Source: a virus
Taxonomy: Duplodnaviria > Heunggongvirae > Uroviricota > Caudoviricetes
Strand: one strand, 5' to 3'
IMG/VR virus record: IMGVR_UViG_2728369554_000009
Coordinates: 1-40,186 of that record
Length of the DNA stretch: 40,186 nucleotides
Shown: positions 33,563 through 40,186 of the stretch, one piece after another
Layout of the letters: each line of letters opens with the position of its first letter
How positions within the stretch are numbered: position 1 is the stretch's first letter
The notes under the pieces: model-generated
Database searches by the model: none
What the model was told of the DNA's origin: nothing
Seen by the model: only the letters and a program-made list of their open reading frames with translations
Made by a program: the position numbers and the translations under genes

Positions 33563-33577
33563 TTACCTGAAAGGTAA
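33563..33577. promoter_or_regulatory. Operator-like palindrome TTACC-N5-GGTAA
   Basis: TTACCTGAAAGGTAA upstream of stand-alone C-terminal-domain gene (start 33486). Confidence 0.5.
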
Positions 33578-33681
33578 TATCTATTCGTATTTACAGCCTT
33601 TCTATCCATATGTGGTTTTCCAGGTAATAGAATAACCAGATATGCGGCGCAACGGGTGCTGCGACTATCTGGAGATTTAAC

Positions 33682-36600
33682 ATGACGGTCTCAACCGAAG
33701 TTGACCACAACGAATACACCGGTAACGGCGTTACGACATCGTTTCCGTATACTTTTCGAATTTTCAGAAAATCAGACCTGGTTGTTCAGGTGTCTGACCT
33801 GAACGGAAACGTAACAGAATTGGTTCTGGATACCGGTTATACGGTAACTGGGGCGGGCACTTATAGTGGCGGTTCTGTGGTTCTTCCGTCTCCGCTTGCT
33901 ACTGGATGGCGAATTACGATAGATCGTGTGCTTGATGTAGTGCAGGAGACAGACCTTCGCAATCAGGGAAAATTTTTCCCCGAAGTGCATGAAGATGCCT
34001 TTGACTACCTGACGATGCTGATCCAGCAATGTTTTGGGTGGTTCAGACGTGCATTGATGAAACCATCTTTGCTTGCAAAATATTACGATGCAAAGCAAAA
34101 CAAAATTTCTAACCTTGCAGATCCATCATTTGAGCAGGACGCTGTAAATAATCGCTCAATGCGTAATTATGTCGATGCTGCAATCGCCGGGGTTGTTGGT
34201 GGTTTTGGTTGGTTTATTCAGTATGGTTCTGGGGCTGTGTACCGAACGTTCCAGGATAAAATGCGTGATGCTATTAGCCCCAAAGATTTTGGAGCTGTTG
34301 GTGATGGTATAAATGACGATTCCACTGCAATAAGCGCGTGCCTTGAAGCCTCATCTCCAGGTTATAAAATTGACGGATTAGGGCTTACTTTTAAAGTATC
34401 AACTCTTCCGGATGTCAGTCGATTTAAAAATGCTCGTTTTTTATTTGAGAGAATACCGGGCCAGCCTCTTTTTTATGCTTCTGAAGATTTTATCCAGGGA
34501 GAGTTATTTAAAATTACAGATACACCGTGGTACAACGCCTGGACGCAGGATAAAACGTTTGTATATGACAATGTCATCTATGCGCCTTTTATGGCTGGAG
34601 ACCGCCATGGTGTAAATAACCTCCATGTTGCATGGGTTCGCTCAGGAGATGACGGGAAGACCTGGACAACGCCGGAATGGCTTACAGATTTACATGAAAA
34701 CTATCCCACAGTTAACTATCACTGCATGAGTATGGGGGTTGTCAGAAATCGCCTTTTTGCTGTAATTGAGACGCGGACCGTGAGCGGAAATAAACTGCAG
34801 GTTGCAGAGTTGTGGGATCGCCCAATGAGTCGCAGCCTTCGCGTTTATGGTGGTATAACGAAAGCAGCAAATCAGCAAGTCGCTTATATTCGCATTACTG
34901 ATCACGGATTATTTGCTGGTGATTTTGTCAACTTCTCAAACTCTGGTGTTACAGGTGTTACCGGGAATATGACGGTGACTACTGTTATTGATAAAAATAC
35001 TTTTACAGTTACGACGCAAAATACCCAGGATGTGGATCAGAATAACGAGGGTAGATACTGGAGTTTTGGTACATCATTTCACTCGTCACCATGGAGAAAA
35101 ACCAGTCTTGGAACTATTCCTTCTTTTGTTGACGGAAGCACTCCTGTTACTGAGATTCACAGTTTTGCGACGATTAGCGATAACAGTTTTGCTGTTGGCT
35201 ACCATAATGGTGATATTGGTCCACGCGAGCTTGGGATACTCTATTTCTCTGATGCTTTCGGTTCTCCTGGTAGCTTTATTCGCAGACGCATACCTGCAGA
35301 ATATGAGGCGAATGCATCTGAGCCATGTGTAAAATATTATGATGGCATTCTGTATCTGACGACCAGGGGGACATTAAGTACTCAACCCGGTAGTTCATTG
35401 CACAGAAGCTCTGATTTAGGTACATCATGGAATTCTCTTCGCTTCCCAAATAATGTTCATCACTCAAACCTTCCTTTTGCCAAAGTTGGCGATGAGCTGA
35501 TTATTTTTGGCAGTGAGCGCGCATTTGGTGAGTGGGAAGGAGGAGAACCTGATAACCGTTATGCAGGAAATTATCCAAGAACATTTATGACCAGAGTTAA
35601 CGTCAATGAGTGGAGTCTGGATAATGTAGAGTGGGTTAATGTTACTGATCAGATTTATCAGGGCGGAATAGTTAACTCTGCGGTTGGTGTTGGTTCAGTT
35701 TGTATCAAAGACAACTGGCTGTACTACATTTTCGGTGGGGAAGACTTTCTAAACCCATGGAGCATAGGGGATAACAACAGAAAATATCCTTATGTTCACG
35801 ATGGTCACCCGGCTGATTTATATTGTTTCAGGGTGAAAATCAAACAGGAAGAATTTGTTTCAAGGGATTTTGTCTACGGAGCCACTCCTAACAGAACGCT
35901 TCCTACTTTTATGTCGACGTCAGGCGTGAGGACGGTTCCTGTACCCGTTGATTTCACAGATGATGTTGCCGTCCAGTCACTGACTGTCCATGCAGGTACA
36001 TCAGGACAAGTTCGCGCGGAAGTCAAACTTGAGGGTAATTACGCCATTATTGCGAAGAAAGTACCGTCTGATGATGTTACCGCTCAGAGATTAATCGTTA
36101 GCGGCGGTGAAACAACGTCTTCAGCAGATGGTGCAATGATAACGTTGCATGGTTCCGGAAGCAGTACTCCACGTCGCGCGGTATATAACGCACTCGAACA
36201 TCTTTTTGAGAACGGAGATGTTAAACCTTATCTTGATAATGTAAATGCTCTTGGTGGTCCGGGAAACAGGTTCTCGACAGTTTATCTTGGCTCCAATCCT
36301 GTGGTTACCAGTGACGGAACATTAAAGACAGAGCCGGTCTCTCCTGACGAAGCATTGCTGGATGCCTGGGGTGACGTCAGGTATATCGCTTATAAATGGC
36401 TGAACGCTGTCGCTATAAAGGGGGAAGAAGGGGCGAGGATACATCATGGTGTAATCGCGCAGCAACTTCGTGATGTTCTTATTTCTCACGGACTCATGGA
36501 AGAAGAAAGCACAACATGCCGCTATGCCTTTCTTTGCTATGACGATTATCCCGCAGTATATGATGACGTCATTACTGGCCAAAGGGAAATGCCGCTGACT

Positions 36601-36801
36601 GATAATGAAGGGAGCATCATTGTTGATGAGGATGATAATCCAGTGATGGTAATGGAAGACATCATTGAGCGCGTTGAAATAACGCCAGCAGGATCTAGAT
36701 GGGGGGTCAGACCTGATCTCTTATTCTATATCGAGGCAGCATGGCAGCGCAGAGAAATGGATAAGATAAAAGAGCGGATTCAGTCTCTGGAAGAACGTTA
36801 A
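33682..36801 (+). CDS. Tailspike / tail fibre with beta-helix depolymerase-like domain and C-terminal intramolecular chaperone (peptidase S74-type) domain
   Basis: 1039 aa; DFGAVGDGINDDSTAI pectate-lyase-like beta-helix signature; C-terminal ...ARIHHGVIAQQLRDVL... matches the GVIAQE-type chaperone domain of endosialidase-like fibres. Confidence 0.8.
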   Translation: MTVSTEVDHNEYTGNGVTTSFPYTFRIFRKSDLVVQVSDLNGNVTELVLDTGYTVTGAGTYSGGSVVLPSPLATGWRITIDRVLDVVQETDLRNQGKFFPEVHEDAFDYLTMLIQQCFGWFRRALMKPSLLAKYYDAKQNKISNLADPSFEQDAVNNRSMRNYVDAAIAGVVGGFGWFIQYGSGAVYRTFQDKMRDAISPKDFGAVGDGINDDSTAISACLEASSPGYKIDGLGLTFKVSTLPDVSRFKNARFLFERIPGQPLFYASEDFIQGELFKITDTPWYNAWTQDKTFVYDNVIYAPFMAGDRHGVNNLHVAWVRSGDDGKTWTTPEWLTDLHENYPTVNYHCMSMGVVRNRLFAVIETRTVSGNKLQVAELWDRPMSRSLRVYGGITKAANQQVAYIRITDHGLFAGDFVNFSNSGVTGVTGNMTVTTVIDKNTFTVTTQNTQDVDQNNEGRYWSFGTSFHSSPWRKTSLGTIPSFVDGSTPVTEIHSFATISDNSFAVGYHNGDIGPRELGILYFSDAFGSPGSFIRRRIPAEYEANASEPCVKYYDGILYLTTRGTLSTQPGSSLHRSSDLGTSWNSLRFPNNVHHSNLPFAKVGDELIIFGSERAFGEWEGGEPDNRYAGNYPRTFMTRVNVNEWSLDNVEWVNVTDQIYQGGIVNSAVGVGSVCIKDNWLYYIFGGEDFLNPWSIGDNNRKYPYVHDGHPADLYCFRVKIKQEEFVSRDFVYGATPNRTLPTFMSTSGVRTVPVPVDFTDDVAVQSLTVHAGTSGQVRAEVKLEGNYAIIAKKVPSDDVTAQRLIVSGGETTSSADGAMITLHGSGSSTPRRAVYNALEHLFENGDVKPYLDNVNALGGPGNRFSTVYLGSNPVVTSDGTLKTEPVSPDEALLDAWGDVRYIAYKWLNAVAIKGEEGARIHHGVIAQQLRDVLISHGLMEEESTTCRYAFLCYDDYPAVYDDVITGQREMPLTDNEGSIIVDEDDNPVMVMEDIIERVEITPAGSRWGVRPDLLFYIEAAWQRREMDKIKERIQSLEER

Positions 36802-36827
36802 AAAAAAGCCCGCAATATTTTGCGGGT
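36801..36827. terminator. Terminator-like hairpin after tailspike gene (T-run on minus strand side)
   Basis: A7 then CCCGCAA-TATT-TTGCGGG; U-run only when read on minus strand, so efficiency for the plus-strand tailspike transcript is uncertain. Confidence 0.45.
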
Positions 36828-37107
36828 ATCAAAAACGGAGTTTGTGAAAAGTTATCTTTGAATTCTATCATGAATCAGTACGTATTTTAAATACATGTTC
36901 AGGTTTATTACACCATAGCATTATTAAATACAAAATTAAGTCTATGGTTCCTGTACAACTGCCCCCACTCTGCTGGCTCGTTCTGTAAAATCATTAGTAC
37001 TTTTATTGAGATATATGATATGGAACAATAATGATTTATATATGGTTTACTATGCGGGTTTAGTCATCAATAATTGACTGGCTTATAGATAGTAAACAGG
37101 AGAAAGT

Positions 37108-37512
37108 ATGTCTGCTCAAGTAACAAGTGAGCAATTAAATCAGTTGCTTAGTTTTAGTTCTCTTGCTGCGGTTATTGCAGGTGCCCCTCCGGAGGTTGCT
37201 TTAGGGGCTTTGGCTGGGGCGGTAATTTTTGTTACCTCTGCAGTAGAGTACCCCATCCGTCGCCGGGTGCTCCTGTCGATGCTCAGCTTTCTTTGCGGCC
37301 TTCTCTTTTACAAACCAGCAGCATCAATTCTTATCGGCATAGCCAGCCTGATCCCTACCATCACGCAGGACTCTTTTGAAAAAGGGATTGTTTTCTCTGC
37401 AGGCGCATTCGTGTCAGCAATTGTCGCTGTGCGTATTGGTATATGGCTCTATCACCGTTCCGATAATCCACGCGAGTTAATTCTGGGGAGAAAAGACGAT
37501 GGTAACGCATGA
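37108..37512 (+). CDS. Holin-like multi-pass membrane protein
   Basis: 134 aa with several hydrophobic helices; first gene of lysis cassette; SD AGGAGAAAG. Confidence 0.55.
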   Translation: MSAQVTSEQLNQLLSFSSLAAVIAGAPPEVALGALAGAVIFVTSAVEYPIRRRVLLSMLSFLCGLLFYKPAASILIGIASLIPTITQDSFEKGIVFSAGAFVSAIVAVRIGIWLYHRSDNPRELILGRKDDGNA

Positions 37513-37807
37513 GTTTTTTTTGCTTATCACCAATGCAGTTATTTGCACTGGCATAGCAATTCGCGTTGTCACATTCCGGCGTAACGGCTCTCAACATCGA
37601 AGGTGGGGAGGATGGCTTGCTTATTTCCTGATTGTTGCTGCGGCCAGTATTCCTGTTCGAGTCGCCTATGCAATCTGGTTACGTACGCCAATGGCTGTGG
37701 ATTTATCTGAGGTCATTATCAACGCTGTCATGCTGGCTGCGGTTATTAAAACGCGCGGTAACGTCGTTCAAATTTTTAAAGTATCGAGGTCTAAACATGG
37801 AGATTAA
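37499..37807 (+). CDS. Second small membrane protein (holin or antiholin)
   Basis: 102 aa, ~3 predicted TM segments; overlaps holin-like gene stop; immediately upstream of endolysin. Confidence 0.5.
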   Translation: MVTHEFFLLITNAVICTGIAIRVVTFRRNGSQHRRWGGWLAYFLIVAAASIPVRVAYAIWLRTPMAVDLSEVIINAVMLAAVIKTRGNVVQIFKVSRSKHGD

Positions 37808-38426
37808 ACAATTCCAGCGAGCTGCTGGTATCAGCGAGGCACTGGCCGCACGCTGGTTCTCGCATATAACTTCTGCGATGAAAGAGTTTGGTATCAGCAA
37901 AGCAGAAGATCAGGCAATGTTTATTGCTCAAGTCGGGCATGAGTCTGGGGGCTTCACCAGGTTGCAGGAGAATTTCAACTACAGTGTCAGCGGACTGGCT
38001 AACTTCGTTCGGGCTGGGCGTCTCACTCAGGGGCAGGCTAATGCACTGGGGCGCCGTGCTGGTGAACCACCATTGCCACTTGAGCGCCAGCGCGTGATCG
38101 CAAATCTGGTATACAGCAAACGCATGGGGAACAATGCCCCTGGTGATGGCTGGAATTACCGAGGGCGCGGACTTATCCAGATTACCGGTTTGAATAACTA
38201 TCGTGATTGCGGAAACGGTCTGAAGGTTGACCTGCTGGAGAGCCCTGAACTGCTGGCGCAGGACGAATATGCGGCTCGTAGCGCGGCGTGGTTCTTCGCC
38301 AGCAAAGGATGCATGAAGTATACCGGCGATATTGCACGTGTAACTCTGATTATCAATGGTGGCCGGAACGGCATCGACGACCGGCGAGCGCGGTACATCA
38401 CTGCCAGTAAGGTGCTGGCGGTATGA
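37797..38426 (+). CDS. Endolysin, glycoside hydrolase family 19-type
   Basis: ATG 37797 after GAGGT; [19 protein letters not shown]...[15 protein letters not shown] matches GH19 phage endolysins of Salmonella/E. coli phages (recalled); ORF-track start 37632 is inside the preceding gene. Confidence 0.85.
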   Translation: MEIKQFQRAAGISEALAARWFSHITSAMKEFGISKAEDQAMFIAQVGHESGGFTRLQENFNYSVSGLANFVRAGRLTQGQANALGRRAGEPPLPLERQRVIANLVYSKRMGNNAPGDGWNYRGRGLIQITGLNNYRDCGNGLKVDLLESPELLAQDEYAARSAAWFFASKGCMKYTGDIARVTLIINGGRNGIDDRRARYITASKVLAV

Positions 38427-38920
38427 TCTGGGCATTCGTAAAAGCATACTGGAAACAGTTGCTTATCGTGGCAGTGCTTGCTGTTCTGGTCATATCAGGA
38501 GTGGTTGCCTGGAATATACACGGCAGTCGCCAGTACGATGCCGGGTATGCTCAGGCGAAGGAAGATCAGAAACAGGCTGATGATAAGTTAAGGTCACAGC
38601 GTGAACAGGAGAAAACACAAATTGAACGTGAAGCACAATCCCGTATCGATGCGGCGCGTGCTGATGCTGAGTATGCTAATTCCGCTGCTGACAGCATGCG
38701 CGCCGAGCTTGACAAAACCAGGCGGCTCGCCGAACACTATACCGGATCTTTCCTCCCTGGCACGCCAGCCAGCAAGGTCATCGGTGTGCTCGCCGACATG
38801 CTTGAAGAAAGCAACCGAGTTTACAACGCAACAGCAGCTGAGGCTGAAAAGTATCGTATCGCAGGGGAATTCTGCGAGCAGCAATACGATTCACTGAAGA
38901 AGCAAAAATCGTGGCACTGA
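38423..38920 (+). CDS. Rz: Rz-like inner-membrane spanin (i-spanin)
   Basis: 165 aa; N-terminal [20 protein letters not shown] then charged coiled-coil; start overlaps endolysin stop. Confidence 0.75.
   Translation: MIWAFVKAYWKQLLIVAVLAVLVISGVVAWNIHGSRQYDAGYAQAKEDQKQADDKLRSQREQEKTQIEREAQSRIDAARADAEYANSAADSMRAELDKTRRLAEHYTGSFLPGTPASKVIGVLADMLEESNRVYNATAAEAEKYRIAGEFCEQQYDSLKKQKSWH
38649..38897 (+). CDS. Rz1: Rz1-like outer-membrane lipoprotein spanin embedded in +1 frame of Rz
   Basis: [17 protein letters not shown] with lipobox LTAC; Pro-rich mature region; wholly inside the Rz gene in another frame. Confidence 0.6.
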   Translation: MRRVLMLSMLIPLLTACAPSLTKPGGSPNTIPDLSSLARQPARSSVCSPTCLKKATEFTTQQQLRLKSIVSQGNSASSNTIH

Positions 38921-39044
38921 TTTCCGGTGACGGTATATAAAACGGTACGGGAAAAGTTGAGGTTTGTAAAAGTGTTATCACTCAATTGGTTATGGTTGTC
39001 GTAAATAATAGAGTGGGAATGATTTGACCCTGCACTATGAATGA

Positions 39045-39077
39045 ACAAAACCCTCTGTTACTACAGAGGGTTTTTTT
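39045..39077. terminator. Bidirectional intrinsic terminator at prophage/host junction
   Basis: AAAA-CCCTCTG-TTACTA-CAGAGGG-TTTTTTT; serves spanin gene (+) and host-like gene (-). Confidence 0.8.
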
Positions 39078-39115
39078 ATCCTAAAGAATTATAGGTTTGA
39101 AGTTACTAACATCGT

Positions 39116-39655
39116 TTAGTTAAACCAGCTATCTGATTTATTCTCTTCTGCTTTACCCACGCTTTTCATCAGATCGCGACCGCCTTCAGTCATATTTCTG
39201 TTTGCGTCAGCTTCAGATTGCACCACATCGGTTTGCGCAGCTTTGTGCTTCAGTTCCTGATCGATAAATTCGTTTTCGCGCTTGACGCGGGCTTCTTCTT
39301 TCGCCAGCGCCAGTTTTTGTTTCTGAATCTCTAAGCTACGTAGCTCATCTTCATAACTTTGATCGCGTTTTTTGTCCGCAGTGGCTTCGGCGTCCAGTTT
39401 ATCCTGACGAGCTTTCTTATTCGCTGCTGCCGTTGCCGCTCTTTTATTAGCCGCGGCCTGGGCGTTTGCGCGACGTTGCTTCTCTTGCTGGATTTCCCTG
39501 TTGCGCTCCGCGACCCATTCGTCATGCTGCCTTTGCTCTTCATTTTTACCTTGCTGTTCCGCTTCTGCGACAGCCGAGAGTTGATCCTGCAATGATGAGG
39601 CGATAGCCGGATAGCTTAAGGAGGCTAAGATGGCGCAAAGAAAAACTTTCTTCAT
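39116..39655 (-). CDS. Periplasmic coiled-coil protein with signal peptide (host-like)
   Basis: 179 aa; MKKVFLCAILASLSYPAIAS signal peptide then Lys/Glu/Gln/Ala-rich helical region; beyond the phage lysis terminator. Confidence 0.6.
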   Translation of the reverse strand: MKKVFLCAILASLSYPAIASSLQDQLSAVAEAEQQGKNEEQRQHDEWVAERNREIQQEKQRRANAQAAANKRAATAAANKKARQDKLDAEATADKKRDQSYEDELRSLEIQKQKLALAKEEARVKRENEFIDQELKHKAAQTDVVQSEADANRNMTEGGRDLMKSVGKAEENKSDSWFN

Positions 39656-39670
39656 GACTCCTCCTGATTA

Positions 39671-40186
39671 TTAGCTCTTTTCAGGACATTTGGTATTTGG
39701 CTGAATACGCGTTTCGTTATACGTCGTGGTAATAACAACGGCTAAACCTGTCGTAAACTGGCACTCTTTACCCACCTGGGTGGAGGTATACACTTTGGTG
39801 CCTTCCTTATATGTTAAAGAAACACCTTCCACTAAGGTTTTATCATTCACCATAGAACCCGCTGCCGCGCCTACAGCTCCGCCGCCAACTGCACCTGCCG
39901 TCGTTCCGGAATTGCTGCCAGACCCGACGTTGTGGCCGATAACACCGCCAGCGACAGCGCCAATAAGCGCGCCGAAGGCTTGTGCGTTCCGTTTATTTTG
40001 GGCGTTGTCTACGGCAACTTTTGCGGGAAGAATGGAAATAATATTAACGGTTTTAGTTTCTTGTTTGGTATTCAGTTGATCGGTTTGATAAACATCGGCG
40101 GCATGATCATCAGCATTTGACTGGCATCCTGCCAGAGTGAATGACGCTAACATTGCCACAGGCAGAAGACATTTTTTAAATTTCAT
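39671..40186 (-). CDS. Outer-membrane lipoprotein with glycine-zipper domain (SlyB/Pcp-like, host-like)
   Basis: 171 aa; lipobox LAGC; glycine-zipper GALIGAVAGGVIGHNVG...GAVGGGAVGAAAG; start codon ends at window edge. Confidence 0.7.
   Translation of the reverse strand: MKFKKCLLPVAMLASFTLAGCQSNADDHAADVYQTDQLNTKQETKTVNIISILPAKVAVDNAQNKRNAQAFGALIGAVAGGVIGHNVGSGSNSGTTAGAVGGGAVGAAAGSMVNDKTLVEGVSLTYKEGTKVYTSTQVGKECQFTTGLAVVITTTYNETRIQPNTKCPEKS

Larger units (their letters stand above)
1..39080. mobile_element. Integrated temperate prophage (left end cut by window; right end approximate)
   Basis: Contiguous phage gene set from integrase (1-1251) to Rz/Rz1 spanins (ending 38920); lambdoid early region plus podovirus-type structural module; bidirectional terminator at 39045-39077 then host-like envelope genes; no att core or tRNA identifiable inside the window. 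Confidence 0.85.

Noticed and set aside
29400-33700. LexA boxes upstream of the antirepressor genes
   Set aside because: No CTGT-N8-ACAG match seen by eye in the leaders or promoters; absence is not definitive without a matrix scan.
37791-38447. 218-aa minus-strand ORF
   Set aside because: Antisense to the GH19 endolysin, whose frame carries the recognisable catalytic motifs.
39726-40079. 117-aa plus-strand ORF rich in Pro/Ala/Thr
   Set aside because: Antisense to the glycine-zipper lipoprotein gene (GC-rich Gly codons read as Pro/Ala on the other strand).
1-40186. tRNA, rRNA or tmRNA genes and attL/attR cores
   Set aside because: No cloverleaf-like GC-rich 70-90-nt segments or rRNA-like sequence noticed; att sites cannot be delimited because the left flank is outside the window.

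Overview
The window is almost entirely one temperate prophage (about 1-39,080), followed by two host-like envelope protein genes on the minus strand (39116-40186). Gene order: tyrosine integrase (left edge; attL not in window), a minus-strand early-left operon (MT-A70 methyltransferase, AlpA-like excisionase, RecT plus PD-(D/E)XK exonuclease), an immunity switch (tandem-HTH repressor divergent from a Cro-like gene), replication genes (initiator with in-gene iterons, lambda P-like loader), nin-like small genes, terS/terL, a podovirus-type virion module (T7-like portal, scaffold, HK97-fold capsid, adaptor, nozzle, internal core proteins including an SLT transglycosylase), an accessory island (28.86-33.6 kb) with AT-rich moron cassettes, three antirepressor-family paralogues, structured RNA leaders and a YafO-like toxin candidate, a tailspike with C-terminal chaperone domain, and a holin/GH19 endolysin/Rz-Rz1 lysis cassette. 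No rRNA, tRNA or CRISPR array was recognised. The most striking unexplained signals are: (1) a 15-bp palindrome TTACC-N5-GGTAA at 12 or more promoter-proximal sites across the prophage; (2) a perfect 95-bp inverted repeat plus covarying hairpins forming ~270-nt leaders in front of two convergent antirepressor genes that share a near-identical C-terminal domain; (3) a 12-bp palindrome GTGACATGTCAC at three module boundaries. All functional calls come from reading motifs and sequence by eye; no database search or folding computation was run, so family names are recognition-based and percentages are approximate.
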